Part shown: piece after piece, positions 18,015-25,806 of the stretch | Numbering within the stretch: the first letter of the stretch is position 1 | Layout: each line of letters opens with the position of its first letter | Assembly: GCA_964598245.1 (NCBI GenBank) | Contig: CAZRAX010000003.1 | Location: 1 to 33,731, forward strand | Source: an uncultured Candidatus Saccharibacteria bacterium | GTDB taxonomy: Bacteria; Patescibacteriota; Minisyncoccia; Phycocordibacterales; JAACPR01 | DNA: 33,731 nt | Reading direction: 5' to 3' | Notes under the pieces: model-generated | What the model saw: the letters and a program-made list of their open reading frames with translations, nothing else | The model's database searches: none | What the model was told of the DNA's origin: nothing | Program-made: the position numbers and the translations under genes

Positions 18015-19271
18015 ATGATTGATTTAAAACCAATAAAAGTTGGTTGGTTTCTGGGATATCGGCAGCTAAAAAGGGCTTCACTTTGGTCTACTGTTTTGAT
18101 AATAACAATTATGGTTTTAACTTTTTTGAATCTGGTTGTTATTTCTGGAATTTTAATCGGTCTAATTGAGGGGGCTTCAGCAGCAGTTAAAGATCACTAT
18201 ATTGGAGACATTATTATCTCTAAACTACCGGAGAATTCATTTCTCGAAAATACACCAAGTATTATTTCAACAATTGAAAATACACCACAAATTGAATCTT
18301 ATACTGCTAGGTATTTAACTTCTGGAACAATTGAATCTAATTATAAAAATAGAACTAATTTTGATGAAAATCCCGAAAAGGTCTCAACTGTTTTTGCTGG
18401 TATTGATCCGGATCACGAGCATCAAGTAACTGATATTAAAAATCTTTTAGTAGAGGGAGATTTTTTAGAGAGAACAGACTTTGATAAAATTGTTTTAGGT
18501 GCTTTTCTTTTAGAAAAATATTTACAAATTGATTCCCCAGGGTTTTTGGTTTTACCAGATGTTGAAATTGGATCAAAAGTTAGGGTTACAATTAATGGGA
18601 ATAGTCGAGAAATGATAGTCAAAGGAATTGTAAAGAGCAAAACTGATGAAATTGATCGAAGAGCATTTATGATTGATTCTCAATTAAAATCAATGATGGG
18701 AAGAGATGACCAAAATGTTGGTGAAATTTCTATGAGAATTTCTCCAAATGAAGATCCAGATTTTGTTAAATCAATTTTGCTTAAAAATAATATTGACCGA
18801 TTTGCGAAAGTCCAAACATTTGAAGAGGGTAGACCAAAATTTTTAGATGATATAACTAATACTTTTAATTTGTTGGGGACCATTATCAGCTCTATTGGCC
18901 TGGCTGTTGCCGCCATTACTGTTTTTATAGTTATTTTTATTAATGCTATTACTCGCAGAAAGTATATCGGAATTATGAAAGCAATAGGCGTTACGGGTAA
19001 AACTCTTGAATTGTCTTATGTTTTTCAATCATTAGTATATGCAATTATTGGTTCAACTCTTGGTTTAATTATTGTTTATGCTGTCTTGATTCCATACATT
19101 GATCAAAACCCAATTAATTTTCCTTTTAGTGATGGAATTTTGGTTGCCCCACTTTTCTCTACAACAATTAGGGTTAGTATTTTAATTTTAGTGACTGCTT
19201 TTGCTGGATATCTCCCAGCTAGAATTATTGTTAAGAAAAATACACTTGATTCAATTTTAGGTAGAAATTAA
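18015..19271 (+). CDS. ABC transporter permease, MacB/FtsX/LolE family
   Basis: TM1 + large extracytoplasmic domain + three C-terminal TMs; RRKYIGIMKAIG; GYLPAR. Confidence 0.9.
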   Translation: MIDLKPIKVGWFLGYRQLKRASLWSTVLIITIMVLTFLNLVVISGILIGLIEGASAAVKDHYIGDIIISKLPENSFLENTPSIISTIENTPQIESYTARYLTSGTIESNYKNRTNFDENPEKVSTVFAGIDPDHEHQVTDIKNLLVEGDFLERTDFDKIVLGAFLLEKYLQIDSPGFLVLPDVEIGSKVRVTINGNSREMIVKGIVKSKTDEIDRRAFMIDSQLKSMMGRDDQNVGEISMRISPNEDPDFVKSILLKNNIDRFAKVQTFEEGRPKFLDDITNTFNLLGTIISSIGLAVAAITVFIVIFINAITRRKYIGIMKAIGVTGKTLELSYVFQSLVYAIIGSTLGLIIVYAVLIPYIDQNPINFPFSDGILVAPLFSTTIRVSILILVTAFAGYLPARIIVKKNTLDSILGRN

Positions 19272-19273
19272 TT

Positions 19274-19963
19274 ATGGAATATATTATTAATGCCAAAGGA
19301 ATAAAGAAAACATTTTATAGCGGTAAAATTGAAACACCGGTTTTAAAAGGAATTGATTTAAAAGTTAAAAAAGGAGAGTTTGTTTCGATTATGGGGAGAT
19401 CGGGTGCTGGAAAAAGTACCCTAATGTATCAGCTAAGCTTACTTGATGAACCAACATCTGGAGAAATTAATGTTTATGGTACTGACATTTTAAAACTAAC
19501 TAATAGAGAAAAAACTTTATTTCGGTTAGCCCATTTAGGGTATGTTTTTCAGGATTATGCTTTGGTGCCAGAATTAACCGCAACCGAAAATGTTTCACTC
19601 CCACTTTTAATGAGGGACATTTCTCTAAGAGAAGCCTTAAAAAAATCAGAAGAAGTTTTACATCGTCTTGGTTTAGAAAGGCAGGTTCACAATCTGCCGA
19701 GTCAATTATCCGGAGGTGAGCAACAAAGAGTTTCAGTTGCAAGAGCAATCATTAATGAACCAAAAATTTTATTCAGTGATGAGCCAACTGCAAATCTAGA
19801 CGCAGAATCTGCCAGGGTTGTTATTGATTTATTAAAAAATCTGAATAAAAGTGGCCAAACAATTGTCATGGTTACTCATGAAGAAGAGTATGGACAAGAA
19901 ACAGATAGAATAATCCGCCTATCAGATGGTGTTATTGAAAGGGAAGATATCATTAACCGCTAA
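19274..19963 (+). CDS. ABC transporter ATP-binding subunit, LolD/MacB-like
   Basis: Walker A GRSGAGKS, GYVFQ, LSGGEQQR, DEPTANLD, VTH. Confidence 0.95.
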   Translation: MEYIINAKGIKKTFYSGKIETPVLKGIDLKVKKGEFVSIMGRSGAGKSTLMYQLSLLDEPTSGEINVYGTDILKLTNREKTLFRLAHLGYVFQDYALVPELTATENVSLPLLMRDISLREALKKSEEVLHRLGLERQVHNLPSQLSGGEQQRVSVARAIINEPKILFSDEPTANLDAESARVVIDLLKNLNKSGQTIVMVTHEEEYGQETDRIIRLSDGVIEREDIINR

Positions 19964-19972
19964 TAAAATTTA

Positions 19973-19981
19973 TGATATAAT
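19973..19981 (+). promoter_or_regulatory. Consensus extended -10 TGATATAAT 7 nt before ATG 19989
   Basis: Motif and spacing seen directly. Confidence 0.65.
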
Positions 19982-19988
19982 TAAAAAT

Positions 19989-20360
19989 ATGGATAAAAAT
20001 AATAACAAAAAAGTTCTTATTATTGAAGATGATCAAGCGCTTCAAAAAGCTATTTCTGAAAAATTAAGACAGAATAGTATAAACTTTGAAGTAGCTAGTA
20101 ATGGTTCAGAGGGTGTAGAAAAATTTAAAGAATATAAACCAGATATTGTTATTCTTGATCTTTTAATGCCTCAAAAAAGCGGTGTAGAAACACTAAAAGA
20201 AATAAGGCAAATGGATTTAGTTGAAAAAACAAGAGTTATCGTACTTTCTAATATTGGTTCTTTTGAAACTGTATCAAAATGTCTTGAATATAATGCTGTT
20301 GAATATTTTATAAAATCTGATATTTCATTAGATAAGATAATAGAAATTATAAATCAATAA
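19989..20360 (+). CDS. Single-domain response regulator (receiver only)
   Basis: VLIIEDD, PDIVILDLLMP, VIVLSN, YFIKS. ATG 19989 preferred over 19926, which overlaps the ABC ATPase. Confidence 0.9.
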   Translation: MDKNNNKKVLIIEDDQALQKAISEKLRQNSINFEVASNGSEGVEKFKEYKPDIVILDLLMPQKSGVETLKEIRQMDLVEKTRVIVLSNIGSFETVSKCLEYNAVEYFIKSDISLDKIIEIINQ

Positions 20361-20361
20361 A

Positions 20362-21678
20362 ATGTTTTCAACTTTTTATACTAAAAACATAAAAAAAATT
20401 ATAATTTTTGGATTTCTAATATCAATTTTTATTTCCACTATTTTTTCCTATGAGGTTTATTTAAATACAGACATGTCTTTTTTTAGAATTATTTCCTATG
20501 AAATAGTTTTTATTTTATTTTTATTTTTAATGTTGTATCTTTTATATTTAGGAGCGGGAAAACAAGAAGATTCTGTTAATGAATTGGCTAAATTCAAAAT
20601 GGCCGTCGATCATGCTACTGATCAAATTATAATTACTGATCCAAAAGGAATAATTATTTACGCTAATAACGCTCTAAAAAAAACTAATGGTTTTACTCCA
20701 GAAGAATCGATTGGGAAAAAGGCTGGGGGATCTGATTTGTGGGGAGGGTTAATGCCCAAAGATTTTTATAAAGATATGTGGCAGACTATTAAAATAGATA
20801 AAAAAACTTTTAGTGGTGAAGTTGTTAATAGAAACAAAGAAGGAAAAGAATATTTTGCTAGTGCCTCTATCACACCTGTTTTAGATAAAAGAGGAGAGAT
20901 TATTTTTTTTGTCGGAATTGAACGTAACATAACAAAAGAAAAAGAAATTGATAAAGCCAAATCAGAATTCGTTTCCTTGGCTAGTCATCAATTAAGAACA
21001 CCCCTGTCTGCTATTCGTTGGTATTCTGAAATGTTGATTGGGGGGGATGCCGGTGAGATAACTAAAAAACAAAAAGATTATCTTAATGAAATAGATAATG
21101 CTAATCATAGGATGATTAGCATGGTTAATTCTCTTTTAAATGTTTCTAGGCTAGAATTGGGAACTTTTAAAATTGAACCTGTAGAATTAGATATTATTGA
21201 AGAAGCTAAAAAAATATTGGTAGAAATGAATATTTTAGCTAAAAATAATAAAGTTAAATTAAATACTAATTTTGATGGTGACTTACCAAAAATAAAAGCA
21301 GATCGAGATCTCTTAATTATTATTTTTCAAAATTTATTATCAAATGCAATAAAATATAGTTCAGATAAAAAAGATGGAGAAGTTTATTTTAATTTAAAAA
21401 AAGATCAAAATTTTATAATAATTGAAGTTCAAGATAACGGTTGCGGTATTCCAAATAATCAAAAAGATAAAATTTTTAGCAAGATGTTTAGGGCTAATAA
21501 TGTTGTAGGTACTAATGTTGGTGGAACGGGGCTTGGTCTTTATATAATTAAAGCAATTATTGATAAAACGGGTGGAGATATAAGTTTTGAATCAAAAGAG
21601 GGGGAAGGAACAAAATTTATAGTCAGAATTCCTTTAACGGGGATGATTGGACAGGATGCAAGCTCTAAGTTAATATAA
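20362..21678 (+). CDS. PAS-domain sensor histidine kinase (2 TM, PAS, HisKA, HATPase)
   Basis: ASHQLRTPL H-box, NLLSNAIKY, DNGCGI, GTGLGL; PAS segment IIITDPKGIIIYAN...ERNIT. Confidence 0.94.
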   Translation: MFSTFYTKNIKKIIIFGFLISIFISTIFSYEVYLNTDMSFFRIISYEIVFILFLFLMLYLLYLGAGKQEDSVNELAKFKMAVDHATDQIIITDPKGIIIYANNALKKTNGFTPEESIGKKAGGSDLWGGLMPKDFYKDMWQTIKIDKKTFSGEVVNRNKEGKEYFASASITPVLDKRGEIIFFVGIERNITKEKEIDKAKSEFVSLASHQLRTPLSAIRWYSEMLIGGDAGEITKKQKDYLNEIDNANHRMISMVNSLLNVSRLELGTFKIEPVELDIIEEAKKILVEMNILAKNNKVKLNTNFDGDLPKIKADRDLLIIIFQNLLSNAIKYSSDKKDGEVYFNLKKDQNFIIIEVQDNGCGIPNNQKDKIFSKMFRANNVVGTNVGGTGLGLYIIKAIIDKTGGDISFESKEGEGTKFIVRIPLTGMIGQDASSKLI

Positions 21679-21682
21679 TTAG

Positions 21683-22072
21683 ATGAGTAATAATGATAAA
21701 GTTATTTTAGTTGTAGAGGATGAAAAACCTCTGGCTGATATTATAAAAATAAAACTCGAAGATAATAATTTTTTTGTTGTTACAGCAAGAACTGTTAATC
21801 AAGCTATTGATTATTTAAAAGAATTAGAAAACATTGATGCTATTTGGCTAGATCACTATCTAATGGGTGGTGAAACTGGATTTGATATTTTGGAAGTTAT
21901 AAAATCAAAAGATTCAAGATGGAAAAATAAACCAGTTTTTTTGATTTCTAATACAGCTTCTGAGGATAAAATAAATAAATATATTACCTTTGGTGTTAGC
22001 AAGTATTATTTAAAAGCGAATAGATCACTTCAAGACATTATTGATGATATCATAAAAGGGGTTGAGGATTAG
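21683..22072 (+). CDS. Single-domain response regulator (receiver only)
   Basis: ILVVEDE, AIWLDHYL, VFLISN, YYLKAN. Confidence 0.88.
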   Translation: MSNNDKVILVVEDEKPLADIIKIKLEDNNFFVVTARTVNQAIDYLKELENIDAIWLDHYLMGGETGFDILEVIKSKDSRWKNKPVFLISNTASEDKINKYITFGVSKYYLKANRSLQDIIDDIIKGVED

Positions 22073-22078
22073 ATCTGT

Positions 22079-22747
22079 TTATTTTTTTTTGGGATAAAAT
22101 AATAAAAATATTATTAATAATATATATATTACGGTAAATAATATTACTAAATTAATTAAAAATGGATACTTTTGTGTGAAAAAATCTCCTAAAAATGTCT
22201 GAATAAAAATCATTGGGGTTAGGCCTATTGCAGTTGCGACTATGAATTTTGTTGATTTTATATTAGTAAGCCCCGACAAGTAACTTATCAAATCGGATGT
22301 TGTTAAGGGATTAATTCTTAAAATAATTATTGACAAAACTCCATATTTTTTAAAATATTTATCAAATTTTTCTTTAATTTTTTTATTAATATTTTTTTCA
22401 ACTCTATTTTTAAAAAATAATCTTGCAATAATAAATGCAATATAGGCTCCAATTAAATTACCAATTAAAACAATAATTCCTCCATAAAAACCACCATACA
22501 GACTTCCTGCGATTACATATAAAGTAATTGGGGGAATTGGTGCAAAAATAACTTCTAGTATTACAAATAAAATAAATACAAACCAAGATAAATAACCGAA
22601 TGAGTTTAAATAATTTATAATATAATCAGAATCATTTGATAATAAATGATAAATTATTCCATCATTAAAATAGGAATATACACTAGAAAAAAATAAAAAA
22701 ATTATTAAAGTTAAAATTATTTTAAGAATGAATGACTTGTTTTTCAT
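22079..22747 (-). CDS. TVP38/TMEM64 (VTT/DedA-superfamily) membrane protein
   Basis: APIPP..L...AGSLYG, GNLIGAYIAF, ILRINP, DLISYLSGLT, GLTP. Confidence 0.88.
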   Translation of the reverse strand: MKNKSFILKIILTLIIFLFFSSVYSYFNDGIIYHLLSNDSDYIINYLNSFGYLSWFVFILFVILEVIFAPIPPITLYVIAGSLYGGFYGGIIVLIGNLIGAYIAFIIARLFFKNRVEKNINKKIKEKFDKYFKKYGVLSIIILRINPLTTSDLISYLSGLTNIKSTKFIVATAIGLTPMIFIQTFLGDFFTQKYPFLINLVILFTVIYILLIIFLLFYPKKK

Positions 22748-23891
22748 TTAAGTTTTTCTTTTTCAATATTAATTGAGTAAAAAATGGTGAAATAATAGTT
22801 GTAACAAGACTTAAGACAACAAAAGCTGTTACAATTTCTGAACTTATTATATTTCTATTAAAGGCAGTATAAACAACAGCCAAAGTTGTTGCAAGTTGGG
22901 GGACACTTGTTACCGCTATTAGTAAACTATCATAATTATTAAATCTTTCATATTTTGCTACAGAATAACCGCTAATAAATTTTGATAATATTAATCCAAT
23001 TATAAGTACTAATGTAAAAATAAGAGTTGTATCTAATTTAAAAAAAGATGAAAAATCAGTATTAGATCCTACTAAAATAAAAAATATCGGTATAAAAATT
23101 CCATAAGCTGTTGTGTGGAGACTCATTTTAATTTTTCTGTGCTGTAATGATTCAGATAAAACAAATCCAGCAAAGAAACCAGCAATAATATGATGTAATC
23201 CAAGAAGAGAAAATAAAACTACAACCCCTATTAAAATGAATAAAATAAATTGAAATTCCTGATGGAAAGATCCTTCTGTTATAAACCATTTTTTAATCCA
23301 ACGAATAAATTTATAAAGAATAAAAATCAAAATAGTGACCATTATATAAAATAAAACTAATGGTATTTGTGTTGTTGGATCATTTATTTGTAAAAAGATT
23401 GAAATTAAAATTAAACTTGTAATATCTTGTAATATTGTAGATCCAATAATTGTATGACCTAATGGGCTATTTAAAATTTTTCTTTTGTCTAGAGTTGGAA
23501 TAACTACTGCAATAGAAGAAGATACGAACAAAATACCTATTAATATTGATGTTATTATATTTAACCCAAAGAAATATCCTATTAGAAGACCGACAGTCAA
23601 AGGAATTGCACCATTGAAAAAAGCGATAAGTCCTATTTGATGCGCAGTTTTTTTAAAAGAACTCATTGGAGTTTCTAGACCAGCCATAAACATTAAGAAA
23701 ACTGCACCAATTTCAGCCATAAAGTTTATTGTGTTATCTACTTCTATCCAGCCTAATAAATTAGGACCAAATAGAATACCACCGATAATTAATGCAACAG
23801 CCCAAGGCAAGTTTAACCTTTTAAAAAGAGCAGAAAAAAACACCGCAACAAGAAGTATTATAAAAAAAGCAACAAACTGAGTTTCAAGCAT
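22722..23891 (-). CDS. Cation:proton antiporter (CPA2/Kef-like), without obvious KTN domain
   Basis: GILFGP, AEIGAVFLMFMAGLE, SSSIAVV, ILQD, IIAGFFAG, FIPIFFILVG, SKF. Confidence 0.9.
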   Translation of the reverse strand: MLETQFVAFFIILLVAVFFSALFKRLNLPWAVALIIGGILFGPNLLGWIEVDNTINFMAEIGAVFLMFMAGLETPMSSFKKTAHQIGLIAFFNGAIPLTVGLLIGYFFGLNIITSILIGILFVSSSIAVVIPTLDKRKILNSPLGHTIIGSTILQDITSLILISIFLQINDPTTQIPLVLFYIMVTILIFILYKFIRWIKKWFITEGSFHQEFQFILFILIGVVVLFSLLGLHHIIAGFFAGFVLSESLQHRKIKMSLHTTAYGIFIPIFFILVGSNTDFSSFFKLDTTLIFTLVLIIGLILSKFISGYSVAKYERFNNYDSLLIAVTSVPQLATTLAVVYTAFNRNIISSEIVTAFVVLSLVTTIISPFFTQLILKKKNLNEKQVIHS

Positions 23892-23897
23892 TTTTTA

Positions 23898-23906
23898 ATT
23901 GTATCA
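23898..23906 (-). promoter_or_regulatory. Extended -10 element (TGATACAAT) 6 nt before antiporter ATG 23891
   Basis: Reverse complement reads TGATACAAT-taaaaa-ATG. Confidence 0.55.
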
Positions 23907-23924
23907 TAATTTAAAATATAAAAT

Positions 23925-23956
23925 AAAAACTGCACCTCAATTTGGGTGCAGCTTTT
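23925..23956 (-). terminator. Intrinsic terminator after the cold-shock gene (potentially bidirectional)
   Basis: AAAAA-CTGCACC-tcaatttg-GGTGCAG-CTTTT; 7-bp GC-rich stem flanked by A and T tracts. Confidence 0.8.
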
Positions 23957-23974
23957 ATAAAGAGATTTTAATTA

Positions 23975-24175
23975 TTAAACTCTCTTAACTTTTGTAGCGT
24001 TTGGACCTTTTGGACCTTCACCGATTTCAAATTCAACTTCGTCACCTTCTTTTAGATCGTTAAAGTCTCCATCAACCAATTCATTCATGTGAAAGAAAAG
24101 ATCTTTGTCACTACCTTCGTAAGTAATGAAACCAAAACCTTTGTCCATTACACGAGCAATTTTTCCTTTTTGCAT
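23975..24175 (-). CDS. Cold-shock domain protein
   Basis: RNP1 KGFGFI, RNP2 LFFH, LKEGDEVEF, GPKGPNA. Confidence 0.96.
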   Translation of the reverse strand: MQKGKIARVMDKGFGFITYEGSDKDLFFHMNELVDGDFNDLKEGDEVEFEIGEGPKGPNATKVKRV

Positions 24176-24248
24176 CTATTTAAATTAAACTAATAAAACC
24201 CAAATAAATACAAAAGACATAAACTCTAGTAATTATTTGATAACTGGA

Positions 24249-24277
24249 ATTATTTCATTAAATAGCTATTTTGTCAA
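24249..24277 (-). promoter_or_regulatory. Sigma70-type promoter for the cold-shock gene
   Basis: Minus strand TTGACA-N17-AATAAT with TG at the extended -10 position; implies a 5' UTR of about 65-70 nt. Confidence 0.55.
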
Positions 24278-24314
24278 ATGAAATTTCATAGTTATTTATG
24301 TTATTATTCTATAA

Positions 24315-24920
24315 ATGAAAAAGTTATTTATCATTTTATTTTTATTAGCTATTGTTATTATAGCTTTTATTAGCTTAAAAAGACCAGAATATATGGATAA
24401 TTTTAATAATAATGAACCCAAAAAGTCAGCAGAAACAACAAAAGCTCTATTAAAAACAAATTATGGAGATATAGAAATTGAATTATTTTCAGATGAAAGA
24501 GCTCCTAAAACAGTTGAAAACTTTATTAATTTAGCTAAAGACGGTTTTTATGATGGGACAAAATTTCATCGAGTAATTAGTGAATTTATGATTCAGGGAG
24601 GTGATCCATTAACTAAAGATGATAGCCAGAAAGATTTTTGGGGTACAGGTGGACCGGGATATCAATTTGAAGATGAACAAAATAATGTTGTTTTAGAAAG
24701 GGGAGTCATTGCAATGGCTAATTCAGGACCAAATACAAATGGTAGCCAATTTTTTATTATCACAGCACAAGCTACTCCATGGCTACAGGGCAAGCACACT
24801 GCTTTTGGTAAGGTAACAAAAGGGCTTGAATTTGTTATGGAAATTGAAAAGGTAGAGACAGAAGGACCAGATAGGCCAATTGAAAATGTTGTTTTGGAAA
24901 ATGTTGAAATTATTAATTAA
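24315..24920 (+). CDS. Cyclophilin-type peptidyl-prolyl isomerase with N-terminal TM/signal
   Basis: APKTVENF, FYDGTKFHRVI, FMIQGGDP, AMANSGPNTNGSQFFI, WLQGKHTAFG. TGTTATTAT at 24299-24307 lies 7 nt before the ATG. Confidence 0.95.
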   Translation: MKKLFIILFLLAIVIIAFISLKRPEYMDNFNNNEPKKSAETTKALLKTNYGDIEIELFSDERAPKTVENFINLAKDGFYDGTKFHRVISEFMIQGGDPLTKDDSQKDFWGTGGPGYQFEDEQNNVVLERGVIAMANSGPNTNGSQFFIITAQATPWLQGKHTAFGKVTKGLEFVMEIEKVETEGPDRPIENVVLENVEIIN

Positions 24921-24934
24921 TTAATAATTCTTAC

Positions 24935-24943
24935 TTATCCACA
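24935..24943 (+). promoter_or_regulatory. Perfect DnaA box (TTATCCACA) upstream of the arsR promoter
   Basis: Exact match, intergenic, 8 nt upstream of the -35 candidate. Confidence 0.5.
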
Positions 24944-24951
24944 GATATTAT

Positions 24952-25011
24952 TTGCATGGTATTTGTTTTCATATTAGAATTAAGATATTAATATATATTC
25001 ATATATTAATA
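24952..25011 (+). promoter_or_regulatory. Promoter (TTGCAT-N17-TAGAAT) with overlapping ArsR/SmtB-type operator
   Basis: -35 at 24952-24957, -10 at 24975-24980; 12-2-12 imperfect repeat AAGATATTAATA-ta-TATTCATATATT (24982-25007, 10/12) and an overlapping perfect 11-4-11 repeat (24986-25011). Confidence 0.6.
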
Positions 25012-25014
25012 ATT

Positions 25015-25299
25015 ATGAAAAACTCAAAACAATATTTAAAAATAACAAAAGCTGTTTGTAATGAAAAAAGGGCTGACATCATTATATTATTACACTCTTC
25101 TAATAAAGAAATGTGCGTTAATGAAATATCAAGCTCTGTTAAAATGTCACAATCCTTAACTTCTCATCAATTAAAATATTTAGAATCCAATAATATAATA
25201 GAGGGCCATAGGGTGGGTCAGACTATTTGTTACAAATTATGTGATAATCAGATCACAAAAAAAACTGTAAAAATTATCAAAACTTTAATCAATATTTAA
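25015..25299 (+). CDS. ArsR/SmtB-family transcriptional repressor
   Basis: KAVCNEKRADII, EMCVNEI, MSQSLTSHQLKYL, RVGQTICYKL. ATG 25015 preferred over TTG 24952. Confidence 0.88.
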   Translation: MKNSKQYLKITKAVCNEKRADIIILLHSSNKEMCVNEISSSVKMSQSLTSHQLKYLESNNIIEGHRVGQTICYKLCDNQITKKTVKIIKTLINI

Positions 25300-25308
25300 T
25301 AAAAAATT

Positions 25309-25800
25309 ATGAAAAATATATCAATTATTCTTGTGGTTATCTTACTTATAGGGTTTGGAATCTATGCCTTAAATCAAAATTCTGATTCAGATGAAAATCT
25401 TAATAATGAAATAAATTCACAAGATTCATCAAACAATGTTATTTCCGATTTGGATCCATTAGAAAATCCTGAAAATACAGATTTAGCGGTAGGAAGCTAC
25501 GAAGTATATTCTCCTGAGAAAGTACAAGAAAATAGTGATAAAAATGTAGTATTATTTTTTAAAGCTGACTGGTGTCCTTCTTGTAGAGCACTAGATGGTG
25601 ACATTAAAAATAATTTAAAAGAAATTCCTGAAGATTTGGTAATACTGGAATTAAATTATGATAAAGAAACTGAACTTAAGAAAAAATATGGTGTTACTAC
25701 TCAGCACACACTAGTATTGGTAGATAGTGAGGGGAATATGATAGATAAATGGTCAGGAGGAAATCGTCTGGTAAGCGTTGTAGAAAAAATTAATCAATAA
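25309..25800 (+). CDS. Membrane-anchored thioredoxin-fold protein (WCPSC)
   Basis: N-terminal TM, N/D/S-rich linker, VLFFKADWCPSCR, KKYGVTTQHT. Confidence 0.9.
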   Translation: MKNISIILVVILLIGFGIYALNQNSDSDENLNNEINSQDSSNNVISDLDPLENPENTDLAVGSYEVYSPEKVQENSDKNVVLFFKADWCPSCRALDGDIKNNLKEIPEDLVILELNYDKETELKKKYGVTTQHTLVLVDSEGNMIDKWSGGNRLVSVVEKINQ

Positions 25801-25806
25801 AATACT

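Noticed and set aside
4888-25014. Upstream starts given by the ORF track for xfp (4888), adaptor (16530), receiver (19926) and ArsR (24952)
   Set aside because: The extensions run through promoter motifs or overlap the previous gene; downstream ATGs at 4906, 16560, 19989 and 25015 fit domain starts better.
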